From contig JANJGN010000026.1 in the NCBI GenBank assembly GCA_026770705.1, positions 3,224,001-3,288,000 of the forward strand: a stretch of 64,000 nt of DNA. Direction: 5' to 3'. Origin of the DNA: Isurus oxyrinchus. Its lineage: Eukaryota. Shown here in pieces: positions 11,643 through 24,510 of this stretch (position 1 is the stretch's first letter; every line of letters begins with the position of its first letter). The notes under the pieces are model-generated. The model had not been told where the DNA came from, ran no database searches, and worked only from the letters and a program-made list of their open reading frames with translations. The translations under genes were made by a program, and so were the position numbers.

Positions 11643-13354
11643 ATAATACCCAGATACTGCACGTTTTTGGAGCCTCTCTCAATTTAAATAATAGTCTGAC
11701 TTTTGCTTCTTCCTACCAAAGTGCATAACCTCACACTTTTCTGCAGTAAGCTCTATCTGCAAGTTTTTGCCCATTTACTCAACCCATCTATAACCCCTTG
11801 CCGATTCCTTATGCCTTCATCACAATATGCCCTCCCACCCATTTTGTATAGTCAGAAAATTTGGATGTATCACACACTGCCCCGACTCCAAGTAATTAGT
11901 ATTGATAGTAAATAATTGAGGCCCTAGGACTGAAATTTGTGGTTTTCCAACCTGAAAAAAACACTTTAAATATCGGTTCTTTGTATTCCCAGTGATAGCC
12001 AATCCTTAATTCATGCTAAACGTTACCCACAATACGTGAGCTCCTATCTTGTGCGCCTGTTTTTGTCATACAGTATTAATGTATCCTGATATTAGTATTT
12101 TCTTGCGAACTATCTTGATGAGTGCAAGACGAAAGGCTTCGACAAAAAATGCCTTTATCAGCAATATTTGAAATCCTATTCATGACCTGAGTTCCTTTAG
12201 GACAATATGCCCATTCTCGTGTGCTGCTTATAACAGGCTGAGTGGGACCAGATATGGAGCTGACTGCAGGAATGTTGGGTGGCATCCTGTTTTTCATTCT
12301 GCTGGCCAGTAGGTATAAGGGGGCCATTAACATTTAATTTAACGCTACTGCAGCTACCTCCATACCTGCTTCCAGACAGCTTTGATAAGCAGAAATATAA
12401 AATGCAAGCAATAATGCTGCATCAGTTTCATATCTGCTCCGACATATCCGTTTCTACCAAAATGTTCTTCGGATAAAATGACTTGAGAAAAGTTCCAATT
12501 TTCATAGCTACCTGCAACAGGCACTGGTGATAAATCATTAAAATAAATTTCAAATGCATACTACTGGTGTGTGGATTCCATCCTGAGCAGACTCCACGCC
12601 CGCTAATATCGGCCCTAAATAAATAAATAAACGGCTTGCTAAGTTCCGGGAACTCAGCCAAATTTCCATTATTACAAGGTCGGGTTGGATCGAGGACATG
12701 GACTCTTGCCGAGCCCTTGGAGGCGAAATGCAACTTCCTGATTAGAGCATAAATTGACTCCCATTTGTTGCGGTTCAGTTCCCTCCCGCTAAAGCGGTGA
12801 AATTCTCATATGTACGCCGGTATGACGGAAGGAAATTCCAGGCAATTGTATTGTATTATGTGAACGGGGCGGTGAGGTTTCAATTGTAGTTATTAAAATC
12901 ATAATAATAATAATAATCTCTGTTCTGTCCTCCATTTGTGTTGCACTAGGTGCCGTCAGTCATTCAAATTATCTTAAGAATCTGGCCTGTATTTTTGATA
13001 AGATTTCAGGTGTTGTCAAATTCCATTGCATTGTTACGATAATAATAGAAATGGAATTAACCAAGTGTAAATATTTCAATAAATAATTAATGAAAAATGT
13101 GAATTTCTATTGCGTCTTCCAGGTCCACAGAACACCACATAGCGCCTTACAAGCTATGAGATTATTTTTGAAGCGCAGACACCATTGTGCTGTAAGAAAC
13201 CCGGCAGTTAATTTGCTCACACCAAACTCCTATGATGAGCCTGTGACTGCAATATTTGATTTAGATGTTAGCCGAGAGATGAATACTAGTTGAAAGATGT
13301 TGGAAACGATTTATGGTAATTTTAGAAAAGAACTATTTTTTTTTTTACTTTTAG

Positions 13355-13669
13355 CGCCGTCTCCTCCAATAATCAGTCTCTCCTACCGTGCAACTTCCGA
13401 GCTGACAGCAACGGGTTTTGTGCAGCTGTTATGCCTCATCAGCGACTACAAGCCAGAAAGCATTGGGGTGACCTGGAAGGAGAACGGAAACACCATATGG
13501 TCTGGCTTTACCACTACAGCCCCAGCTAAATCATCGAAAGGAGGCTTCAGCTCCACCAGCCTCCTGAATGTGCCTCTTCAGGAATGGAGCAGCGGTTCCG
13601 TGTACAAATATCAAGTGACCCATTCCGCAATCAACAGTAACAAGCAGAAAGAAATCAGGTCAACGTCAG
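13355..13669 (+). CDS. IgNAR: IgNAR C1 exon (open frame, second canonical Cys changed to Tyr)
   Basis: Polypyrimidine-TTAG acceptor, 315 nt, phase 1-1, G|GTGAGG donor. Reads PSPPIISL...FVQLLCLISDYKPESIGVTW...LLNVPLQEWSSGSVYKYQVTHSA...KEIRSTS. Confidence 0.93.
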
Positions 13670-14089
13670 GTGAGGAAATCTAACCAATTCAAACGGTTGC
13701 AGATGTCAAACATGCTTACTTTATTACTATCAGATTGATTGGGATGTTATTGCAATAATTTATCTTTTCGGATTCAAGGTCCTGGAACAGGCAACACTGT
13801 GTGTGATCAGTGACAGAGCCAGATGCATTGAAACACTACAATAAAAGTTGTTGGAAGAGTTTCAGCAGCATTGACCAATTTATTTGAAGGTGCTCTTTTA
13901 AAGAGCTTGTGAGTGCCATGATGGCCGAATGGTCTTCTGCTACTCTCTAGCAATCTCTATTGCGCCGCAAATGCCTGAAGTTCTGGATGGTGCTCACAGT
14001 TAGGCGAATTTTGCAAAAGGTATTTCCACTGCGCCTCCTGATGAATGTTATGTTCTGGTTAATGTGCACATTGAGCATAACCTTGCATT

Positions 14090-15350
14090 GAGCATTGAGC
14101 ATATTGAGTTCTTTGATGCTGTGACAAGCAAAGTGGGCAATGGTGAGCCTGAAGATGTAATATATCTGGACTTCCAAAAGGTCTTTAATAAGGAGCCACA
14201 CAAAAGATTAATACACAAAATAAGATTACACGGATTTAGGGGTAATATATTAGTTTGGATAGAGGATTGGCTAACCAACAGAAAGCAGAGAGTCAGAAAT
14301 AAATGGGTCTTTTTCTGGATAGCAAGCTGAACTAGTGGGGTGGCATGGGGTGCAGTCATTGGGCCCCAACTATTTAAAATCTATATTAATGACTTGGATT
14401 CAGGGATAGAAGGTACTATTGCTAAATTTGCAGGTGACACCAAAAGACATGGGAAAGTAAGGTGCAATAGAAGTAAGAAATTTACAAATGGATAGGGACA
14501 GGTTAGGTGAATAGGCCGAAATTTGGCAGAGGGTGTTTAATGTGGATAAGTGTGAGGTTATCCATTTTGGTCGAAAGAATAAAAAAGGTGACTTATTATT
14601 TAAATGGAGAGAAACTTCAGAATGCTTCTGTGCAGAAGGATTTGGGCATCCTCATGCATGAATTGCTGAAAGCTAGTATGCAGGTACAGCAGGTAATAAT
14701 GAAGGTGACTGAAATTTTGGCATTTATTGCTAAAAGAATAGAATATAAAAATAGGGAAGTGTTTGTTGCAACTGTACAAGGCATTGGTGAGACTGCACCC
14801 GGTGTACGGTGCACAGTTTCACCATTACTTGAGGAAGGATATAGCTGCACTGGAGGCGGATCAAAGGAGTTTCACTAGATTGATTCCAGAGACTCAGTGC
14901 TTGTCTTATGGGGAGAGATTGAGCAGTTTAGGCCTATACTCGCTAGAGTTTAGAAGGATGACAGGAGATCTAATTCAGGTTTATAAGATGCTAAAGGGGA
15001 TAGGCAAAGTAGACATGGAGTGGATGATTCCCCGTCTGGGGCATTCTAGAACGAGAGGGCATAGTTTTAGTCTAAGGTGTGGTAGTTTAAAATCAGATAT
15101 GAGGAAAAATTACTTTTCTCAAAGGGTCGTGAACCCGTGGAATTCATCACCTCAGAGTGCAGTGGAAGCCAGGACTCTGAATAAATTTAAGAGGAGATAG
15201 ACAGAGTTTTAATTAGTAACGGGTTGAAAGGTGATGGGAAGAGGGCGGGAAATTGGAGTTGAGGCCAAAATGAGATCAGCCATGATCGTAAGGAATGGCA
15301 GAACAGGCTCGAGGGACTGAATTGCCTACTCTTGCTCCTGCTTCTTATAA
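14090..15350 (+). mobile_element. 5'-truncated CR1-type LINE
   Basis: DVIYLDFQKVFNK, WIEDWLTNRKQRV, LQLYKALVRLH and FSQRVVNPWNS motifs, plus the CR1 3' UTR. Confidence 0.88.
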
Positions 15351-16869
15351 CCTACTATGATAATACAAGAAAAAAAATGTTGACACACCCTACCCACTGA
15401 ATTCGCCAAATTTCTGCAGGCAAAATAGAACAGAGAGTTAGAGCAAATTGATATATTTTGAACGAAATCGGTCAAACTGTAAAGCCTGATTGAGATAATC
15501 ATTCTAAACGCCAGAGTGGATTCTATTTGCTGCTGGGTATCGGTACAAAAATGTGCATGTGAGATTAAATGGATGAATGGAGCAGAGCGAAAGCAAAGAC
15601 AGAGAAAGAGACAACGGAATTAACCTGTCACTGGCAGGAAGTTCCGGACCAGGAGACTCTCGCACTGTCAGCTACAGAATCGGGGTGAAGTGTAGTGGTT
15701 GCGTGGGGTTTTGGGGGGTTGGCAGAGTGGGGGTGGTTGGTGATTGGATCGCATCCCCGCCAATCGCAGCAGCCCCTGAATCAGGAGCATTAATTGGCTC
15801 GATCCAGACTTGTTTCTCGAACTCAGGTGGATGTTCCACCTCAGGGAGCTGCTAGCTGATCTGATTGGCTGGCAGCGCTGTTCGCCCAGCAGTACCAGCG
15901 GCAGCAGTGGGCAAGACTGGGAACACAAAAAGTCCACCGAAACTGAATCTCGGATTCCAGGGTCGTGTAAGTGTCGGGTCTTTCACGGCTGGCAGGAGAG
16001 ATGATGACAGGGGTATGAAGAAATGGTTAAGGAGTCCTTATGGTGAGGCTGGAGTGGACGGAGGTGAGCATCCACGGTTGGAAAGCTTTGGGAGGGTATT
16101 CGATGTAGAAAGGGCATGGTGGTGCTAAGATAGTGTGATGGAGGGTAATGTCCTTGGGACGTGTCTTCCAATGTAGAAAAGGGGCGACCCAGGCCATACC
16201 TGAAGAATGGTGGAAGGGATTTTGCCTGTTGGGGGTGACTCACAGCGCGGCACCCCCTTCATGACCCTGGGTCCCTCCACCAGGCACTTAGTGTCTTGAA
16301 GGCGACCTGCCTCCATATAGGGTAAAATGTCCTGCATGCCACATGGTGACAGATCTGCCCACAGTGCCATTCATACCAAACTTCTTAGGTGATTATTAGT
16401 TTCTCATTCAATGGCCCCAATTGGCGGAGGGGAGAGAATGTCGCCCTCAAATAAGGCCGAAGGCGGGGTGTTTGCACACCACCTTCCTGCAGGATTAAGT
16501 GCCCTCCACTCCTCAAAACTCCTCAATCGAGAGGGGGGAAAGTTCTGTCCAAGTGGTCAATAATTGCCACTTAAGAGCCTCAATTTTGGCGAGTGCCACT
16601 CTCCCCAGCAAATTTGTGAACAAATTGTTTGCAGGTGGGAGGGCGGCGGGAAGGCAAGCCGGGGGAATTATTATTCCCTCCTACACTGCCTGCAAACTTG
16701 CCAGCGGGGGTTAAAAATTCTGCTGTACCTCTCCCTTTCTGCCTCCCTTTCCTTTTATCCCTCTTCAAGTTTGTCCAGCTTCTTTATGACCCAGCCATTC
16801 TCTCCCATATTTTAGTCTTTACCTGGCTAAGACTGATTTTTCTCCACCTGCGTTTCTGCTTCCCTTTCT

Positions 16870-16985
16870 TTCGCTCTCTCTCTAAATTCTTTTTCTCTGA
16901 ATTCTCTCGCTCTCTCTCTATCTCTCTATCCCTCTCCCTCTTTCTTTCTCCTTCTCTCTCTCTCTCTCCCTCTCTTTCTCTTTTC
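16870..16985. repeat. Imperfect (CT)n pyrimidine microsatellite
   Basis: Directly visible run of CT/CTT/CCT units. Confidence 0.85.
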
Positions 16986-17243
16986 GTTAAGATTTAAAGT
17001 CTCCCGGTTACTCTGTATTTCTCTCCCATTACAAGTCACTCAGTTTAAATAAACATTTTAAACTGTGATTCATGTCAACATCAGTGTAAACAGCAGAATT
17101 AAATATAAGTTCAACAATAACCAGTGAAAGACCTGATTTGCCAAACGAACGATTGTCACTGATGTTAAAATTCTTGTTAAATAAGTAGAATTTTCAGCAT
17201 TAAAGCCTCCTCGTGATTTTAATCTTTTGTTGCTCAATTATAG

Positions 17244-17549
17244 AGATCAAAGTACATCTCAGAGATCCCTCAGTTGAAGATATTTGGATCAAAAAAACTG
17301 ACACCCTAGTGTGTGAAGTGGTGTCCACAGTTCCCAATGAGGTTGTGATCTCCTGGAGGGTGAATGGAAAGGTGAGGGCTGAAGGTGCTCAAATCGAATC
17401 AGGTACCCAAGATGGTAACCAGTACCTGACCATCAGCCGCTTGAGAAGCAGCGTGGAAGAGTGGGAGAGCGGGGCTGAATACCCATGTTCAGCAAAGGAT
17501 AATCTATCATCGACTCCCGTATCAAAAGGCACACGAAAGAGAAAAGGAG
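17244..17549 (+). CDS. IgNAR: IgNAR C2 exon (apparently intact)
   Basis: TTATAG acceptor, 306 nt, G|GTAAGC donor. Reads EIKVHLRDPSVEDIWIKKTDTLVCEVV...SWRVNGK...NQYLTISRLRSSVEEWESGAEYPCSAK, with both Cys and the Trp present. Confidence 0.94.
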
Positions 17550-17654
17550 GTAAGCTTATATATATATATTTTACATATATATATATATAATATATATATA
17601 CGTTTAGGAATGGCAATGGAGTTATGACTAACAGCGGTTGCACTTTTGTTACAG

Positions 17655-17964
17655 TCGAGCCAGTGAAGCCAAGCCTTCGGCTCTTGCCTCCATCACCAGA
17701 AGAAATTCAAAGTACCAAACCCGCAACACTCACTTGTTTGATAAGAGAATTCTGCCCGGACAAAATAACAATTTCCTAACAGAAGAATGGAGCTGCTTTG
17801 AGATCGAACATCACCAGTTTCCCCACGGCCCTTGAACAGGACCAGACCTTCAGCACAAGGAGCCTCCTCACTTTACCTGAAGTGGAATGGAAGTCAGGAG
17901 CAAGATACACCTGTGCCGCCTCACACCCAATCCACAGAAAATATGACCATCAGCAACAAGAAAG
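17655..17964 (+). pseudogene. IgNAR: IgNAR C3 exon, disabled
   Basis: Reads VEPVKPSLRLLPPSPEEIQST...TLTCLI...ITIS*QKNG...FPTALEQDQTFSTRSLL...EWKSGARYTCAASHP. The conserved Trp codon is TAA (17777-17779). Length is 310 nt, consistent with an 8-nt deletion near 17927. Confidence 0.92.
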
Positions 17965-19317
17965 GTAAAAACAGTTTCTCAGTATGCATTTGCACAATCC
18001 AGGTTTGTGATTAAATCGACAGCAACACCAAAGAACGCATACACTAGCGAGCACATTACTCTAGTTTCCAGGGACTAAAAAACGTATGAGAACCAATTAA
18101 TGTGGCCTGAGCTCCCAGACAGCACAGGGATGGTACAGTGCTCAGCACTAAATATGTCCATCTCCACAAGCAATTTGAGAATCTAGTGATGATAAGGGGC
18201 AGGATAAGAACGTCTGAGACTTAACTTCACAGTATTCTGGTAATGAGCACTTTATTTAGATGGTGCCAAGCACACCTTAAGGGACACTGTTCCACAATGT
18301 GGGGTTAAGACATTGCGCGGTCCACTTCACTCTTTAATTTCTGTTTTAGCAAACTACAACAGTGACTGCTTTTCAGCAGTGAATTCAGAACCAGAAGCAG
18401 CCAGTTACAAGGGAGTTGAAGAATTCAAGCCGTTTTGTACGTTTCTAGTCTTGAAACCCAATGGAACAAATGCATTAGAAGTCACAGGGCTGAACAAAAT
18501 AACGTCTTCATAGATTGAACCTAATGAAGTGACCATTTATTTTCATCAATTTAATCTCCTCTGATAAACTTTTTCATTTCCGGCGGAATAGTTTTTATTT
18601 TTAAGTGAAGGCAAAAAAAACCTGCACAATAATTGCCCAGCGCCTCAGTGATTGGCCAGGAATTTTCAGATTTCCCAGGAGGCTGGATCTCTGCACTTTG
18701 CTGAGTTTGTTGATATTCAACTTTGGTGACTGGGTCCTGATAATTGGCCTCAGTGCCTCTACGTTTGTGCAGTAGGAATAGTCATTGGTTTGATTCCCAA
18801 TTTACGGTAGCTACCCATGTGCCAATTTGGAATGAATGAATGGTAAAATTGGATGTGATGCATTCAGGGAATAATAACCTGCTGGTACTTTCTGCATATA
18901 TGGGTTTATGGGGAATAACCATTGGCTGAGGTTCGAGAGGTGATGAACAGAACTCAATAGTGAGCAATGGCATTAAGAGGGCAAATACTGCGACTGACAC
19001 AGCCCCAGCCTCTTAAAGCTCGAGCTCCATCTGATCTCTGAGCATCTATGCACTGTAATATGAACCGACTCATAATAATGTTCCCTCAGTGAGGCTGTTT
19101 TTCCTCACTGGGTTAACCACACTGAACCGGTGACCCTTGGAAGGTACAGTGGTCCGGTAACAGAGGAGGGACCCTTTCTTTGCTCCATCGTCGGAGGGGC
19201 CATCGTCGGAGTCGACATGTTTGGACATCTGCTGATAGGAAGAGTGGACGTGGCTGTGATGCATTCTCGGTAAAATAGGCTGCTGATGCACTCTCTCCCT
19301 GCTGACCCACTCACAAC

Positions 19318-19715
19318 GGGATGTGGTCTTCGCTGGCTGGGCCAGCACTTATTTCCCATCCCTAGTGGCCCGTGAGAAGGTGGTGGTGAGCTGCATTCTT
19401 GAACAGTTGCAGTCCACGTGGTGTAGGTTTACCCGCAGAGCTGTTAGGAAGGGAGCTTCAGAATTTGATCAGGCGACAGTGAAGGGAAGGCAATATATTT
19501 CAAGACACAATCCTGAGTTGGAAAAATATTTGGTGTTTTCTTCACTGTCGCTGGTCAAAATCCAGGAACACCCTTCCTAACAGTACTGTGGGTGTACCTA
19601 CACCATATAGACTGCAGCGGTTCAAGAAGGCATCTTACCACCATCTTCTCAAGGGCAGTTAGGGATGGGCAGCAAATGCTGGCCTGGCCAGCGAATCCCA
19701 CATTCTGTGCGCGAT
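19318..19715. mobile_element. Two oppositely oriented 3'-end fragments of a second shark LINE/SINE family
   Basis: TTCAAGAAGGCA...CTTCTCAAGGGCAGTTAGGGATGGGCAGCAAATGCTGGCCTGGCCAGCGA at 19620-19715 has its reverse-complement counterpart at 19318-19410. Confidence 0.7.
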
Positions 19716-20049
19716 AAACAATCGACATTTGACAGAGATACTCAAAAAGTGACCTTCCCCATTAGATCTTTACCAGAAAATAATGTTTATGTGATACAGT
19801 TAAATGTCTCATGTTGGTTCAAATAGTTACAAGGAACCCGTTAGAAAATAAGCTGAAACATCCCATTTTCTTTGCTAGAATGATGATCTGAGCTTTGCAA
19901 TGTTGAAATCAGCCCCTTTAAAACACAGGGACTTTTTTTTTGTCAATTGGTTGCAAAATTCCTCTCGTTGCCACGTTTTATCCTGTTTATCATTGAGATT
20001 GCTCCTTTTATTACACAGTCATTATTATTCTTTTTAAATTTCCTCATTC

Positions 20050-20660
20050 CCTCCAAATATTTTCTTTTGCTGCCAAATGAGGAGAGACAATATAAACTAA
20101 AGGCTGCAATTCCGAAGGGTTTGCAGGAAGAGAGAGACTTGACCTTCTATCTGTGAAAATAATTGATGAGCGCGGGGAAGCCGGAGACAATGATTAAACA
20201 ATGAGAACCAGGGCTGTACAAACAGAGGCAGAGAGTTCCAAAACAAGGAGATTATGTTCAAACTTTATTCTAATTTAGGTCAAATCAGTATTTTATAATG
20301 TGTCCATTTCTGGGCACCACAAATTAGGAAGAGTGTGAAGGCTTTCAAGAGAGTGCAGAAAGGGATTGTAAGAATTCTTCCAGGGTTACAGGAATCAATT
20401 ACATAGGTAGATTCTATAGGGAAGGGCTTGGATAAGGAGGTTGAGAGGAGATTTGTTAAGTGATTAAGTCACACAACCCAACAGGCAAGTAAGTGGTCAT
20501 ATCTGACAGTCTGGATAAATGTTGGCCTTTCAGGGAATCAAAGAATATGTGTAGTGGGCGGGGAGCTGGAGATGGAGGCGAAGGTCATGATCGTAATGAA
20601 TGGCCGGTGAGCTTCAGGGATCGTATGGCCTGCTGCTGCTCTGAATCCTTATGTTCTTAT
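20050..20660 (+). mobile_element. Degenerate CR1 3' fragment
   Basis: Decayed C-terminal ORF2 sequence (GTCCATTTCTGGGCACCAC...GAGAGTGCAGAAAGG) and 3' UTR. Confidence 0.6.
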
Positions 20661-21452
20661 TTCCCTGACCAGAAGCAGAATTTTATATTTTTAAAAGCTA
20701 ACCACACCCCCCCCCCCCCCCCCCCCCACCACCACCACGCCCCATTTTTGTTGGTAACCCTGTTTTGCTGTTAATGCACGAATAGTATAGAAGACCTGTC
20801 CATTACCACTTTAATTATTTTAAACTTTGAGTGCCTCTCGGGCAGGTATATCATGGTAAACTGATAGATTTCCTCACTTTATATTCTGCAAAACAATTGT
20901 TTGCTTAAACTCAAAATTCAACCAGCGCTCCTTCCGAAGCTGGGTGGTATTTTTCCCTGTCTCTAAAACATTGCACTCTCTAAGTGAAAGACTGAACTTG
21001 GTGTCAAATAATGCAGAACATCTACAAAGTTTAGTTGAGGGCACGCTTCCGCCCACTGATCAGTCCTGGGAAAATTGGGTCATAAATAGAGGGAACTTTT
21101 AATTACGTCACATGAGTGGGAAAAGAATCCGGCTCCTACAGGCCACTAGAGAGCGTTCGACCTCCAGTATCAGCGCAAATAAAATAAAATATTCAGTTCC
21201 TGTCAGAGTAATCGACGAGCCGTGGAAACAATTGCAGAGAATATTATTCAGGACATGATCTGTGGAAACCATAGGGATGAAAACAATAAGTCTAGGAGAG
21301 CGCAGCATCATGTTATCTCAACCAGCAAAAGGATAATACCAACTCAATCCTATTTCAGTAAGTACTCTTTCACAATTTTTAGCATTCTTCAGTGGTTCTC
21401 ATCCGTGATTTCAACATGACAGCTTGAAACAACCATTCGCTTTTCTTTCTAG

Positions 21453-21774
21453 CTGATTGCCCTGAGCCAGACATTTCTGTCAATATATTGAACCCTCCGT
21501 TTGAAGAGATATGGGTTCAAAAGACAGCGACCATTGCTTGTGAAATCCTTTACAGTGATTTAGAAAACGTCAGCGGGTCCTGGCAAGTGGATGGGAGAAT
21601 GAGAACGGAAGGACTTGAGACCCAGAATCCTGAATGGAGTGGAAGCAATTCGGCCATCGTGAGCAAACTGACGGTCACTGCGGCAGAGTGGGACAGTGGG
21701 GTGGAATATATCAGTCTCGTAGAAGGAAGTGAAATACCAACACCAAAGAGACGCTCAACCCAGGAAATTAATGG
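21453..21774 (+). pseudogene. IgNAR: IgNAR C4 exon, disabled
   Basis: Reads DCPEPDISVNILNPPFEEIWVQKTATIACEILYSDLENV...TQNPEWSGS...EWDSGVEYISLVEGSEIPTP. The second Cys is Ser (AGT). Length to the GTAAGC donor is 322 nt (3n+1), implying a 1-nt insertion near 21758-21761. Confidence 0.9.
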
Positions 21775-22226
21775 GTAAGCACAGATAACACTCGTTCACG
21801 GGCTGATCCAATTGCCAATGGCCCCAAACGGAAATAAAAAGCAGGCCAACCGTTAAATGCTGGTATAATAAATGAAATACAGTCCCTGGTCCTACCAGTC
21901 ACCACGTTGATGAAGACTATGGTAAAGAAAATATAAGAAATGTGAAACTGCTGCTCCCCCCACGCCCTACAATGTCAGCATTTCTTTAAAGTGCTTTCTC
22001 CAACTCTATGGGGGAGGGGGGGGGGAATCGGGCCACAAAGCAAACGATCAAAAGAAAAAATATGAATGACAACAATGTGCAAGGAAAAAGATCTTTAAAC
22101 CTCAGAGATAAGAAATATTCCAAATTTCCAAATATATAGTATTTCTAAGAGAAGAAAATGGATAGTGCGGACCAAACAATAGACAGAGTCAGATTAAAAA
22201 GTATTTGTATATTTCTCTCTTTACAG

Positions 22227-22610
22227 TTGGCACAATGATTAGTCCCAAAGTCTACATTCTGCCTCAGTCAGAGGACGAGATCGACACTGAGAATACGGCA
22301 TCACTGGTGTGTCTCGCCACCGGTTTTTATCCTGTTGAGATCTACATCGCTTGGATGGTCAATGACACCTTTCTGGATTCAGGTCATCCAAGCCAACCGG
22401 AGATCGAGAAGGGAAATGGTTCCAGCTCCACAGCCGGCAGATTTGAGACTTACCGTGGCCGGGTCGAACACTGGCACCACTTACTCCTGTTTAGTGGGCC
22501 ACCCGTCCCTCAAGAGAAATTTAATGCGAAGTATTAATAAATCCCACGGTAAACCTACTTTAGTTAATGTTTCGCTTGTCCTAACCAATAGTGTTAAATC
22601 GTGTACATAA
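22227..22610 (+). pseudogene. IgNAR: IgNAR C5 exon plus secretory tail, +1 frameshift
   Basis: PKVYILPQSEDEIDTENTASLVCLATGFYPVEIYIAWMVNDT... shifts frame at TTT 22442-22444 into LRLTVAGSNTGTTYSCLVGHPSLKRNLMRSINKSH-GKPTLVNVSLVLTNSVKSCT*. Internal TM splice donor G|GTAAAC at 22549; the tail has an NVS sequon and penultimate Cys. Confidence 0.93.
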
Positions 22611-22937
22611 CCCGCCATGATTGACCAGGCCTTTCCTGTAGAAATGTCACCGCTGTGAGGTTCCAAATTATTTCAGCATCGGAATCAGCAAATCTCCCAA
22701 TCATCTGACCTCACAATCACCCTCCAGAGCTGCGAACGATTGTTTCGACATTTTGCTAATACCCAAATCTATATCATTCAACGAGGGAAAACCATGGTTA
22801 GGATTTCATATTCCCAAATAAGTTTAGTAGCATTTTATACTAGTTGTCATATTATCAAAATGGTCATGAAGGGTTTAGTGACGCTATTTGATATACATAA
22901 CATGGTTGGTTTGTCTGTATGTGGCAGAACTGATTGC

Positions 22938-22943
22938 AATAAA
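22938..22943 (+). terminator. Polyadenylation signal of the secretory transcript
   Basis: AATAAA ~330 nt after the stop codon, followed by a GT-rich downstream element (TGGTTTGTGCGTGTG). Confidence 0.75.
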
Positions 22944-23759
22944 AGCAAAATGAAAACTTGTTGCCTTGCCTATGCATGGTTTGTGCGTGTGATATCTTCG
23001 TGGTAATCATTAATATTTTGAAGCAAATGTTTAAGAATTATATGTTCTAATATCCAAAATGTGCAACACGGGTCTGTTCCCCGACCTTTAGAAATACTTG
23101 TGGTGCTTTCAAGCAGATTACACAAAGCATCAGCGTTCTTTCGGATTTCCTGTGATTTATTCTTTGGCAGAGGTATTTACCTAGAGGGCAGATTGAATAA
23201 ATTGGAGGAAGGTACACTCAACCATTATAGTGACCAACATTCACCAAATGAAATTTGAATGGTTTCAAGCTGATAAATCAATTCTAGCCAGTATCTCACC
23301 TACAATTAAGAGTCTTCCAGCTTCTGAGTATTTACTCGTCTTCTATGTTTCAACCCGATGATGCCCCTCAACCACATCATTCGAAATCGCAAATCTTTAT
23401 CCCACTTGGCCGCTGACAATGCGCTACCTCACTGCCCATTCTCTGTATTCTCCACTGCCTCTCACTTTTGCGCTGCATGTCTGACAGTCAATATTAGGTG
23501 AGTACAGGTTGTCTCCTCGAGGATCACAAAACTATCGTCTTTGAAGCCCACCATACACTCCATTCCCACGCCTCCACTTCCAGACAAAAATCATCCAAAA
23601 TTCTTGAGCAGCCCAATTTACAGCATATCCCCATTTAACCATCACTCTTGTGCTGGCTCCAAGTCAAATAACTACACAATTTGAAATTTCTTATCCCTGT
23701 TTTTAAATGCCCACAAGGCTTCTCTCCTCGATCAACTGTTTCTTTTTATAGTAATTATT

Positions 23760-24510
23760 CGGGTAGTTTTCGTGTCACTGGCAAGGTCATGTTTCATCCC
23801 TAATTGTCCCAGGGAAGATGGCGGCGACCTTTTCTCTTGAACCATTGCAATCCACGTGGTGCATGACATGCACAATGCTGTAAGGAATTATAGGATTTTG
23901 ACCCAGAAATAATGATGGAATGGTGATTTAGTGACAAGTAAAGATGGTGTGCAATTTGGAGGGGCATTTTCTGATGGTGGTGTTCCCATGCATCTGTTGT
24001 CCTTTCCTTTCTAGCTTGTAGTGGTTCCGCGTTTGGAAAGTACTGTCAAAGTAGCATTAGCGAGTGGCTGGATGGTCTCTTATAGATGGGTCACACTGTT
24101 GCCACTGTGCATCGGGAGTGAAGAGAAAAATGCTTAAAAAGTTTAATATGTTGCCGACCAAGTGGGAAACATTATCCTAGCTATTGCTCCAGTCAGCCTG
24201 GCCTCCCGGATCTCCACGTGCCTCCAATTCAGATCTCGTGTGCATGCTCAATTTTCTTTCTTTCGACCTAATTATTTCATGGGATGCCGCTGGCAAGACC
24301 AGCACTTGTTGCCGAATTGCCCTTGAGCTGATGTATTTCTAAGCCATGGTGGAGGACAGTTTAAAGTCAACGAAATTGGCGTGGTCCTTGAGTCACATGT
24401 AGGCCACACCATGTAAGGATGACAGATTTCTTTTCGTTATGGGCATTAGTGAACCACATCTGGTTTACAGCAGTCAGTGGTAGTTTCGTGGTCACCATTA
24501 CTATGGCGAT
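23760..24510 (-). mobile_element. Degenerate LINE 3'-end and SINE-like fragments
   Basis: Similar to the family seen at 19318, 36780, 43320 and 55440. Confidence 0.55.

Larger units (their letters stand above)
7835..12060 (-). mobile_element. CR1-type LINE 3' portion split by two + strand CR1 insertions
   Basis: 3' UTR-like sequence at 7835-7930. RT/C-terminal remnants at 10060-10220 (KKANGILVCIAKG...LVRPHL) and 11650-12060 (SVLGPQLFTIN). Confidence 0.75.
1..22943 (+). pseudogene. IgNAR: IgNAR cluster (V-D-D-D-J-C1-C2-C3-C4-C5-secretory tail), germline configuration, probably a pseudogene
   Basis: The segments translate to recognisable shark IgNAR V, J and C1-C5 sequences in the expected order, with canonical AG/GT splice sites. 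C3, C4 and C5 carry stop or frameshift lesions. Confidence 0.93.

Noticed and set aside
8241-11728. Many 60-200 aa ORFs as host genes
   Set aside because: They are frameshifted CR1 ORF2 pieces or their antisense shadows.
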